From Macrostomum hystrix (lineage: Eukaryota > Animalia > Platyhelminthes), in the NCBI GenBank assembly GCA_950097015.1, contig CATNEN010000038.1:9734001-9798000 (forward strand): a DNA stretch of 64,000 bases. The letters are read 5' to 3'. Positions within the stretch are counted from its first letter, which is position 1. Every line of letters begins with the position of its first letter. The position numbers and the translations under genes were made by a program. This document shows positions 12,301 through 23,371 of the stretch, one piece after another. The notes under the pieces are model-generated. The model was not told the origin of the DNA. It ran no database searches and was given only the letters and a program-made list of their open reading frames with translations.

Positions 12301-15300
12301 GGGTGTGGGAAGGCTACATATGGAGATTAGTGGGTGTGGGAAGGCTACACTTGATTAGTGGGGGTGGGAAGGCTACACTTGATTAGTGGGGGTGGGAAGG
12401 CTACACTTGATTAGTGGGGGTGGGAAGGCTACACTTGGGATTAGTGGGGGTGGGAAGGCTACGTCTGGGATTAGTGGGTGTGGGAAGGCTACACCTGGGG
12501 ATTAGTTGGTGTGTGAAGGCTGCACCTGGTAGTCAGATATTCTACTTCCTATTTCCATTAGCTCCACTTACCGGCCTTCTGCGGATCCACGAAGCTCATG
12601 CTGGTGACGCAGCTGGTGCCGACAAAGTCGGCCAGCTTGCCCAGTGTCACTCTGGGCAGATGAGAAAATGTTGGGAAGGCAACAAAAAAATATTAAATTA
12701 ATGTGGCGTCATACCTAAAACCTTAGAACTAAATTGTAATGCAAGTGGTTGGATCTATTCGAGAACTTGATTGACAGACCTCATCAAACAGCTATAAATT
12801 TGTTAGACTGACTATTTAATCCCTACAAAACAGACAGAAAACTGTTAGACAGTACATAGCAACCTGTTAGACAGTACATAGCAACCTGTTAGGCAGTCAA
12901 TAGCAACCTGTTAGACAGTACACAGCAACATGTTAGGCAGTACATAGCAACCTGTTAGGCAGTACATAGCAACATGTTAGGCAGTACATAGCAACATGTT
13001 AGGCAGTACATAGCAACATGTTAGGCAGTACATAGCAACATGTTAGGCAGTACATAGCAACCTGTTAGACAGTACACAGCAACATGTTAGGCAGTACATA
13101 GCAACATGTTAGGCAGTACATAGCAACCTGTTAGGCAGTACATAGCAACATGTTAGGCAGTACACAGCAACATGTTAGACAGTACACAGCAACCTGTTAG
13201 ACAGTACACAGCAACATGTTAGACAGACCCATCAACCTATGAGACAGTACATAAAGCAACCTGTTAGACAGTACATAAAGCAACCTGTTAGACGAGTCAA
13301 AAGGACGCTCAGATTGCATGTGTTGCGTTAAGCACCCACCTTGTCCCATTGATGTGGCCGCTCTGCAGCTTCTTAACCGTGGCATAGAATGCCGGATGCA
13401 CAGGCTGTACCAGATCCGAGCAGCCAAAGTACCAGTTAAACACTGGCACAATGAACAGAGGCCGGCTAACAGCTGACCAGGTGCGGCGCAGGAAGGACAC
13501 ATTGGTACGAAACTGGTCCAGTAGGAATTCAATATCCAGGCTCAGATAGAAGGAGTGATGGTCAAAGAACTGCGGCGTGAAGGCCAGGGTCTGGCTGCCA
13601 ACAACGTAGAGCCGCGAGGAGGCCAGGATGCCAACATCGTTGGAGGTCCGTCCAGACAGGCCCAACTCGGGGCAGCTACCGAGCAGCCGGTAGAGGTGTC
13701 CGAGCAGCCAAGCTGGCTGCAGGACGATGCCAGTGTCCTGGCTGACCTCCGTAAAGTCTTGAACGCAGCGAAGGCCCAGCTGCGTCTCCAGGATGCTCTT
13801 GATTCTGGCGTCCTCGGCAATCATCACCACCTGAGGATATCGCTTATGGAGCTTTATTTAAAATGCGAATTGAAGTATTATATTTCCAGGGGGCTGTGGG
13901 CAATGATGCATCAACTGTAAAATATGCGATTTTAATGGGGCCTGAATGCGGATTCGAACCAAGGGACTGCACCACTTTTATGATCCGAATAATTATCAAC
14001 GATAAGACACCTCGACTGTTAGGATTATGTAAAAAAGTTAGACCCAAAAACAATTAAACACATCAAACAATTGGACTTTTAATGAAAATCATGGATCCCT
14101 TAACTAGCTTATAGATTAACATGATTAAAATGGGATATTTTAAGGAATTTCAATCCGCAGGTATGAGACTAACAAAGACAGAATCACCTGTACAACCAGG
14201 TCAGGTTTAGCCTCAATGCACAGACGCCTCCCAATGGGATCAATTTCCTGCGGCCTGAGGCAGCCGTCCCCAATGAGGCGGCAAACAATGTACAGCGACT
14301 GTGACCACAGGTGCGGCACAGTGCCAACCGGCACCCTGTCCTGACTGCCCGGATTTGCAACTTCAGCTTTAACCAAGTGAGCCGGAACGGCGTAGGACTC
14401 CGGCACTACAGGGAGGCCGTCTGCATTCGTGAGCACGAGCTCAGCCAGCCTGTCAGAGTACAGCTGGGCCCTGCCGGAGTCGCCGGAGAAGTAGGCGTCA
14501 AGCAGCAGGTAGCAGAAGAAGAGCGGCCATTCGCACTCGATGCTCTCGAATTGTTTCAGCTCGCACGGCTCGTAGTAGAGCCGGCTGACGTCCTCCAGGG
14601 CGGTGCGGTAGCCGTCGCGGAGGAAGCGGCAGCAGCCGTACCTGACACGGTGTGGGTGGTTCAGGAGAGAGTGACAGGCGAGAAGCGAACTTAGGGAGAG
14701 AAGACTAGAGGGAGTTAGGGAGAGAGGAGATTGGGTAAGAGGAGACTAGGGAGAGGAGGCTGGGGAGAGGAGGCTGGGGGAGAGGAGGCTGGGGGAGAGG
14801 AGGCTGGGGGAGAGGAGGCTGGGGAAGAGACTGCGAAGAGGAGACTGGGGAAGAGGAGACTGGGGAAGAAGAAACTGGGGAAGAGGAGACTGGGGAAGAG
14901 GAGACTAGGGAAGAGGAGACTGGGGAAGAGGAGACTGGGGAAGAGGAGACTGGGGAAGAGGAGACTGGGGAAGAGGAGACTGGGGAAGAGGAGACTGGGG
15001 AAGAGGAGACTGGGGAAGAGGAGACTGGGGAAGAGGAGACTGGGGAAGAGGAGACTGGGGGAAGGGGTAGTGAGCAAGGTAGAGGGAAATGAAGAGGAAA
15101 TACAATACAATTTGTGAAGGGCAGAGAGTCCGACTCACAGACAAATAAATACAAATTCAGTGCATATTGAGCGCAGCAATCTAGTTACGGGTTATGTTGG
15201 ATTCAGACAAAAACGTCGCTGCTCACCTGCCCTCCAGCTTCGCCACGATGTAGTTCCTCGTGGCGGCGATAATGCTTTCGTTGTCCACAGCGAATGCTGG

Positions 15301-16802
15301 GTAGCCGATGATGGACAACAGGCCGGCGTCCGTCTCTTTTGAGCAGCTCTCCCTGGGCAGCATGCTCTCTAGCACGGCTGCGCAATTCTGCGAATCGTCG
15401 CTGAGGACGTGAACAACAGCGCGGGAGCTACCGCTGCTGCCGAATAGGTCCAGCTCTGACAGTGCCTCCATGGCAGCCTTCGCCATGCCAACGGAGGTGG
15501 AATTGAGCTCGGGCTGGCCGTGGTTGGTCTTGTCTCCCCGCTCCCAGATGCCGTAGTCGCAGACTGTATATGCTGAGTCGATGTACAGCACAAGATTCTG
15601 CACAAAGGCGGCCTCCTCGGCGGTGTAGATGAGCACAAGACCGGAGGCGGTCATCTGGGCCAGTGCCAGCAGGTACAGGGACACGGCATCCAGCTGCAGG
15701 TGGCCGTACTTGCCATCGCCAGTCACCGAGTCTCTGTGCGAGGCCGAGAATTTGCAGTGCAGAGAGTCTGCCGGCTGCCTGCTTAACTGCAGGGATGGGG
15801 ATTTTAGTGTGACTGTAGGGATGGGAATATCACTGTGACTTTAGGGATGGGGATTTCACAGTGACTGTAGGGATGGGGTTTTCACAGGGACTGCAGGGAT
15901 GGGGATTTTAGTGGGACTGTAGGGATGGGGATTTCACAGTGACTGTAGGGATGGGGATTTCACAGTGACTGTAGGGATGGGGATTTCACAGGGACTGCAG
16001 GGATGGGGATTTTACAGTGACTGTAGGGATGGGGATTTCACTGTGACTGTAGGGATGGGGATTTTACAGTGACTGTAGGGATGGGGATTTCACAGGGACT
16101 GCAGGGATGGGGATTTTACAGTGACTGTAGGGATGGGGATTTCACAGTGACTGTAGGGATGGGGATTTCACAGTGACTGTAGGGATGGGGATTTCACAGT
16201 GACTGTAGGGATGGGGATTTTACAGTGACTGTAGGGATGGGGATTTCACAGGGACTGCAGGGATGGGGATTTCACAGTGACTGTAGGGATGGGGATTTCA
16301 CAGTGACTGTAGGGATGGGGATTTCACAGGGACTGTAGGGATGGGGATTTCACAGTGACTGTAGATATGGGGATTTCACAGTGACTGTAGGGATGGGGAT
16401 TTCACTGTGACCGAAGGGATGGGGATTTTAGTGGGACTGTAGGGATGGGGATTTTAGTGGGACTGTAGGGATGGGGATTTCACTGTGACTTTAGGGGTGG
16501 GATTTAACCTTGAAGCGCTCGAGCTTGTCGGCTTGACGCATCAGGCAGACCAGCAGGCTGCGCATGCAGGTGGACACCCGGCCTTCCAGATCGCACTGTC
16601 GAGCTCGATCTTCGTCAACCTCGGCGATCTTCTTGTAGGCTAAAGTCAGCGCCCACACTGACATGGCGGCGTACGTGTTGTCCCGAATGTATGCATGGTT
16701 CTGATGCTCACTTCTACTAAAAAGACCGGTAATGGAGTCCTGGCGGTTCAGGATTGTCTCTACTACCAGTCTGTAGTAGTAGTCTAGTGACTGCCTTCGA
16801 GA
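6312..16802 (-). CDS. PHKA: Phosphorylase b kinase regulatory subunit alpha (13 coding exons)
   Basis: Phase-consistent exons on the minus strand: 16802-16509, 15786-15227, 14641-14188, 13830-13340, 12651-12572, 10976-10629, 9725-9461, 9023-8572, 8055-7957, 7921-7656, 7554-7327, 6746-6312 (12 mapped); the start-codon source upstream is not visible. Motifs [114 protein letters not shown], and C-terminal CaaX CIVQ typical of alpha subunits. Exons in the variable middle region are less certain. Confidence 0.92.
6872..7230. repeat. Intronic minisatellite, about 52-bp unit
   Basis: GCCGATCAGGGATTGGATGTAGGGTCGAAGTGATGGAGTGAGGTGGCAGCTT, about 6-7 diverging copies in the last PHKA intron. Confidence 0.9.
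8210..8540. repeat. Intronic minisatellite, 45-bp unit
   Basis: GCACGAATTGAGGCTGGGTGATGCGCTAGCGGAGTGAGGGTGGGC copies. Confidence 0.9.
9077..9441. repeat. Intronic minisatellite, 16-bp unit GATTCACTGAATTACA
   Basis: About 23 copies filling most of PHKA intron 9024-9460. Confidence 0.95.
9906..10600. repeat. Intronic minisatellite, 21-bp unit CACCTGTTAGACAGACAAAGT
   Basis: Homogeneous core at about 10072-10545 with degenerate edges. Confidence 0.95.
11043..12527. repeat. Intronic minisatellite, 30-31-bp unit GGGAAGGCTACACTTTTGGATTAGTGGGGGT
   Basis: About 48 variant copies. Confidence 0.95.
12841..13293. repeat. Intronic minisatellite, 22-bp unit GCAAC(A/C)TGTTAG(G/A)CAGTACATA
   Basis: About 20 copies. 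Confidence 0.95.
14693..15066. repeat. Intronic purine-rich minisatellite, 15-bp unit GAGGAGACTGGGGAA
   Basis: About 24 copies. Confidence 0.95.
15787..16506. repeat. Intronic minisatellite, 26-bp unit GGGATGGGGATTTCACAGTGACTGTA
   Basis: About 27 copies making up essentially the whole PHKA intron 15787-16508. Confidence 0.95.
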
Positions 16803-19462
16803 CTGAAAGCATTGGAAAAAGCCTGGGTTAATAATACACTTGTCAGCACAAAGATCAAGAGCAAATCAAAGCAAATAAAAAAGGATTATTTCTGTTTGAA
16901 AGTTTTTTATCTATGTGCCAACAAAGAGTTAGTACATTATTATTATAGGTGTTTTATATTTGGAAACTAGTGATTCTAAATAAATTCAGTAGTGACTATC
17001 CGAATGAAATTCTGACAAAATAACTAGTATTTGCTACTTATTTACTTCAAGGATCTTATCTAATATAGATGAAAATAAGTATTTGAAAATGCACTAAGCA
17101 AAATTTAAGTTTAATTTAAAATAAATAATAGCAAACAAATATTTTATACTACTAAGTAGCCAGCAAAAATTTAGGCTAGAAATAACATGTCTCTACATCA
17201 TAAGATACCTAAATATAGGCTACACCAATTTGCTAAAAAAGAAGAATTTTTTGCTTCATTAAATCATAACTTGTAAGGTTTTCTTACTTGTTTTTATTAT
17301 ATATTGCCTTAAAACTTTTACAGATCAGAACAATATATGATATATAAATATGAATTCATACAAAGGCGTTGAAAATGAAGGCCAATGAATAAAAGATGCC
17401 AGGATTTTTTGCAATCATTACTGTTAGAATTAAAAGAATGACTTTCTACCTCCAAAATCTTATTCTCGAATGTTTAGTATAGGAAAAATATATAACTTTA
17501 TTAAAAATTTAATAATCTTTCACCACCACAAACAATTTTATCACAGTTATTAAAATATAATTCTGTTTTATCTGAAACTGTACGTTAGAATTGCGGCCAT
17601 GATAAATGCATGCTTATGTTTGAATTATTTCGCGGTAAAGAAGTGGACGTACTATAACAATAATATTCGTAATTTTATGTAATAGTATAAATTAAATGTA
17701 TTTAAATATTTAAATGACTGTGCTGAGGCTACCGATGCTTTTTTGTTTCTTTTTTGTCTTTTTATCGGTTTTGTTGCGCGCTCTACGTGCCGAATTGTTA
17801 AAATTGGCATCTGTCACGGGACACAAGTATATATATCATGGTAATTAATGCAAAGGATGCAAAGTGCGAGCTGAGCGAGTGTAAAACTGTTACAACCTTT
17901 TATCGCAAAAAACATGACGCACATTTGCTGTCTAGTAATGATTAATAAGTTTATGTATTAGCTTGGATTAATAACAACAGCACTAATCGAATTTCATAAC
18001 AAATAATTATCACGTATGTGTAAAGCCGGATGACATCCATTGAGGCAGTGCACAAATCGCATGATCGCATGGTCGACTGATCTACTCCATTGCATGCAAT
18101 TGCATATATACGAGTATTACATATATGAGTGCAGTTTAATAAACATGAGTTCTCAGCAGCTCTCGATAATCAATAATAAATCTCAGCAACAACACGATAA
18201 TATAGCACTCAAATAAATTAGGGCTACTTAAGCAGCTTTGATGTAGCTAAAATTGGGTCCTTTGAATCACAGGAAAATCACCACCGTAATTAATGCGAAA
18301 ATCATGCGCGACAGTTTCACATAATGCATCACATTTAGCAGCGAATTAAATGATTATCGCGCGCGAAAGCTAATTTGATACATGTATAGTTGCTATACTG
18401 CGCTGTGCCTGATGATTGATATGCTTTGAGCTATATTTCAATATTTACAGCCTTCTTGTTTGTATAGACGTTATCTATACAAGCTATCACGCAATGTGTA
18501 TGAAGGCAGCTCTTGTGTGATACATTTTATTTTTTAATGAGCTTGATCTCGGAAGATAATAACTTAAAAAATATGATTGACTATGATGCGAACTACATGA
18601 CCTACCCACATGCTTGTAATTTGAGACAGGGGATATGAGAGATGAGGCCAGGGAGAAATGAGACGCGGGAGAGATGGGCAGGGTAGAGAAAAAATGAGCT
18701 AAGTGGTAAAAACAGAAGTGAGATCAGATGAGGCAGGAAAGAGATGGGACTGGTGAGATATTTAGCAGCAGTTTGTAACTTCGCGTAATATGATGGCCTA
18801 TTGGGTCTGATCGAGCTGGTTGCTGACCCCTCATCCAGATAGATTTGTTGACTCATCAGTTTGATCGAAGGTCATAAGTTTTTAATAGTACAATGGTGAC
18901 AGCGTCACAGCATTGTGAAGCTGCTGTCACGTGACTGTAAGTGGCCTTCTCTCAGTGTTGTGCATGAGAAGCTGAGACACTAACTTGGAGGTCATGTACT
19001 CGTACACAGTGCATAGAAAAGTAAACACGAGAGCATGAAAGTGTACTAATCCCTGGGTGCAGTGGCTGTCATCATCGGACAGTGAAGTGACTGTAGGAGT
19101 GAGGGAATGTGATTTGCAAGTACACTTCGTCCACTCAGTTTTTTTCCAGTTCTGTCATTCTCGGTTGCTTTGCAGAGGAAAAAAGGAAAAATGCATGGTC
19201 TCAATACATTGGCCTCACACTGCAGGTGAGTGTTTCCCAAACACTTTAATTAGTGCGCGCTTTGCCGAGGGCAATTTTATGCTAACAATCTTGCTTTGTC
19301 CTTTCCACGCTCTCATTTTGGCCCGTTTAGAGGAATAAAAGTGCAGATGTGCAAGTCACTATAAATTTATTCTTCAACAATTTAGGTGCATTTGTGAAGG
19401 GGTCCTATCTATCTGATATTAGACAGGTATCAGGGTTTTAGGGCTATCAGGGTATCAGGGCT

Positions 19463-20758
19463 CGTCGGTTTTCAACCGACTGCTTCTCGATCGCCTGCAG
19501 TCGGTGCTGGACCCGTACCTCCGTTACGAGCAGAACGGGTTCCGGCCACAGCGCGGTACAGTAACCCAGATCCTCGCACTCCGCCGTGTCATCGAGGAGG
19601 CGCGCATCCGCCAGTCAACGCTGATCGTCGTGTTTGTCGACTTCCGCAAGGCGTTTGACTCGGTGTCGAGGGCCGCGCTTCCACTAGTCCTTCGTGCCTA
19701 CCGGGTCCCAGAGCAGCTAGTCGCCGCTGTCATGTCGCTGTATCGCGACACGCGCGCTGCTGTTGTTACGGCGGACGGCCTGTCCGACCTGTTTGCCACC
19801 TCGTCAGGAGTGCTGCAGGGCGACACGCTGGCCCCGTTCCTCTTCGTGCTTCTCCTGGACAGCTTCGGACTGCGCTCCCCTCGGCTGAAGACGGCTTCCT
19901 GCTACGCAGACGCATCGGTCGCCGCCACGATGAGAAGCGCCTCAGTGTGCTTGGCTACGCCGACGACCTCGCCCTCCTGTCCTCGACTGTCGAAGGTGCC
20001 CAGCGCCAGATTGACAGGTTGGCTGAGGTGGCATCAAGCGTCGGCCTAGTGATCAACACGCTTAAGACCGAGGTGCTGACCGTGCCGGCCGACATCCCAG
20101 CGGACCTGACGTGCCGCGGCGCAGACGGGCAGATCATCTCGCTCGCACGCTGCCAGCGCTTCACTTACCTCGGCGGTCTGGTGCCCAACGTGGAAGACGA
20201 CATCCGGCGGCGCAGAGGACTCGCATGGGCGGCCTACCGTTCGATCCGGGCCGTCCTCCAGTCCACAGCGCTGCCTGACCGCCAGAGGGCTCGGCTGTGG
20301 CAGGCGGTGATCGAGACCGTCCTGCTGTACAACGCCGAGTCGTGGACGCTGACGGCTACGCTGGAGCGGCAGCTGGACTCGGCGCACTCGGGGCTGCTCC
20401 GTGCGGCCTTTCAAGCTGACGAGAGCGTCGGGACGGAGGCTCTGTACGAGAGAGCTCAGCTGCAACGCCCGTCCACCATCCTGCGCCAGCGACGACTTCG
20501 ACTAGCGGGCCACGTCATTCGGGCCGAAAGCTACTGCCGCCAGCCCGCCCAGGACGTCCTTCTGCTCACCCTGCAGGGCCCGTTCAGGCGCGGCCAGGCT
20601 CGGACCCGCCGCTACGTCGACTGCCTGCTGAGCGACGCCAGGGCGCCCGACACTGCCTCCGGCGCGGACCATGTTCGCGCGCTGGCTCTGCGGCGCATCA
20701 TTTGACGCCGCCCCCCTGACGTTTGGGGCTTGCGTATTTTGTTGTTGTTGTTGTTGTT
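19463..20758 (+). mobile_element. 5'-truncated RTE-like non-LTR retrotransposon (RT domain, one frameshift)
   Basis: EQNGFRPQRGT, VFVDFRKAFDSV, GVLQGDTLAPFLF, LGYADDLALL, RLRLAGHVIR; frameshift near 19860; stop at 20705; (TTG)n tail at 20738-20758. Confidence 0.92.
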
Positions 20759-20962
20759 AGGGTTTTAGACAAGTATCAGGGTGTTAGACAGGTATCAGGG
20801 TGTTAGGCAGGTATCAGGGTATTAGGCAGGTATCAGGGTGTTAGACAGGTATCAGGGTGTTTGGCAGGTATCAGGGTGTTAGACAGGTATCAGGGTGTTA
20901 GACAATTTATCTGGGTGTTAAGCAGGTATCAGGTTAAACAGGTATCAGGTTGGGCAGGTATC
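20757..20962. repeat. Minisatellite, 19-bp unit GGTATCAGGGTGTTAGACA
   Basis: About 10 copies; related units also lie at 19418-19460 on the other side of the LINE. Confidence 0.9.
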
Positions 20963-21898
20963 ATGATTTTATATCAACCGATCCTCCGACCTCCTCCGAT
21001 CCTCCGAGAGGTCGGGAGTTCGAATCTCAGCCAAATGGAAACGATTTGAGCAAGACACAGAATTTCCTTGGTTTGCCTAGACTATCAAGCTGAGAAACGG
21101 TACCTGCAGCATCAACTGCAGGGTAGAAATCAGGGTGGGTGTGGCGCCATAACTAATACGTCCTATCTTTGCGACGTAGACACGCGCAGTCTAAAATCTT
21201 TGCTCATTTTTAAGGGGTAATGGAATAGAATTTAACGCAACTGTTGAAGTTTCGGTTAGTTTTGTGTGACTCGTTCCTGAAAAACAAGAGCCTAGTACCT
21301 ACAAGTACCTATTTAATACTTGCCCGCAAATCTGACGAATCTAAAGAGCTTTCAAAGAAAAAGACTGGAGCAGTTCGCACCTAAATACGTGTGTAAATAG
21401 CCTATTTGTCATCGGCTTTTTGCATCTCATTGTTGAGGGTATTTTCCGCTTCTAGGCACTAGTCGCTGGCTGTTCTCACAATTAAATTCCGTATTCAACT
21501 CTCAAAACAGCACACAATTAGGAGTCCAAACAGCTAAACTGTACTCAACACAATTACTCACCCCTGCAGAGCTATTGTTGTCAAGCCGAGCTAATTAAGA
21601 GGCCGGCATTAGCTTTCGGTTAGTCTGTGTGGGGTCTACTGGGGCTAAACATCGGACACTTAACAAAGCCTTTTAAGTATAGGAGAGAGCCATTTGGGAT
21701 CATCCTGTTGTCCTATGTTACGTACGCATGCGCTGGGATTTTCAGTTAAATTGCGTGAGAAAATTGCAGCTAGATTATAATTAAGCTAATTCGGCTGATG
21801 TAACAACTGCTGATTGATAGAAATTGTTAGACATTGTTATTAAAACGGCGCCGACTCAAAGGAAAATAGGCAGGACACCAAACTGCCTTGACATGGCG

Positions 21899-22092
21899 CC
21901 TGTTAAACAGCCCTGTTAGACAGCATTATTAGACAGCCCTGTTAGACAGCATGTTTGACAGCATTATTAGACAGCCCTGTTAGACAGCCCTGTTAGACTG
22001 CACTGTTAGACAGCACTGTTAGACAGCACTGTTAGACAGCACTGTTAGACAGCACTGTTAGACAGCACTGTTAGACAGCACTGTTAGACAGC
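21899..22092. repeat. Minisatellite, 13-bp unit CACTGTTAGACAG
   Basis: About 14 copies. Confidence 0.9.
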
Positions 22093-23371
22093 GCGCCTCT
22101 CAGGACAATGGTCAGGACGCCAAACCAAACCTGTTAGACAGCGGCAGGCAGGGCGTCAAACCTAAAAGACGTATGGTGTGACTGTTGGATAGTGGAATTT
22201 TTTACACTGCGTAAGCCTGCGTTCTCTGTGCACAAAAGTACAAGTCAGGTTTACTTTTAGCTAGCAGTGAATCTAATTAGGCGCTTGCCTAAAGCCTTTA
22301 AAACCCGTAGGTTTGTGTTTCCTTTCTTCATACTCCTGTCTTTCTCTCCAGGACCTGTTAGTTGCTTGTCTGTGTGTTGTGAGGAGCCAGGCTTATTATT
22401 GACTAACAAACACCGAACAAAATATGTTTTCCATTTTTCAAGTTCTAAGTTCTAATTACTTTCCAAATTAGAAGTACTTTCGCATTAGTCAAATAAGTAA
22501 TAAATTGTGTAATCGTGTTGGTTAGTCAGTGGTCAGTGCTGGAGATACGAGCTGATAGTCATTGTTCCCAGTGCAAATCCTTCTTAGAATTTAAACCGAC
22601 CACGCGTTTACTTCGACCCTGGAAAAATTCCTGACCAAACTGCGCTAACCACGCGGGTGCGCCCGTGTGGGCCACAGTGGAAATTTAATGGAAATTTCCA
22701 CTGGGCTAGAAAACAAGAGCTGCGGAGGTTGGGGTGGTTGTGTGGGTTGAGGCTGGTGTTCTTTTGCAGCAACCCCACGCCGAGATGTGGGCACTGTTGT
22801 GTATGTGGGCTGCATTAAACCTGCATTAGTGTTAGCATAAGCCTTTCAGTTGCTGCTAATGAAAACAAAGCTTTTAGTAAGATCATACCATGAAAACATT
22901 TAAACGGAGGTGACAACTGCATGCTGCTGCTTGTGCTTACTTGGTTCGCTAAGTTCATTTATTACTGATTCACCGTCGGGGAAAGAGGTTGACACTGCAT
23001 GGGCTGGCTGTACACATCAGCTGATCCCCTCCCATTCTGCCTCCGTTTCTCTTTCTTAGAAAGAAAGACACTGAGAAGAGCAGGCGCCGTGAGCCAATGA
23101 GAATCGAGGGCTGGCCCGGAATTTCCATTCCGAAGCCCGGCTTTTGTTAGTAAGAGATGTACATTGTACAGTGTAGATGTACAGCCTACAAGTCACTGTA
23201 CGTCTTTCAAGCCGTTTTTTTCAGACCTTTTCAGGGCTTTCTGTGCCCTATATATGCCACCTCTCTAGAATGTAGGTAAGCTGCTCTGCGTAACTATTTT
23301 AGCACGTTGAGATTTGGCACACTTCTGAGATAATTAACTTGACTAACCCTTATCGAATTCTGAGGCCAAAA

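Noticed and set aside
19430-20770. Telomeric repeats (TTAGGG words at the LINE flanks)
   Set aside because: Only isolated hexamers within a different minisatellite.
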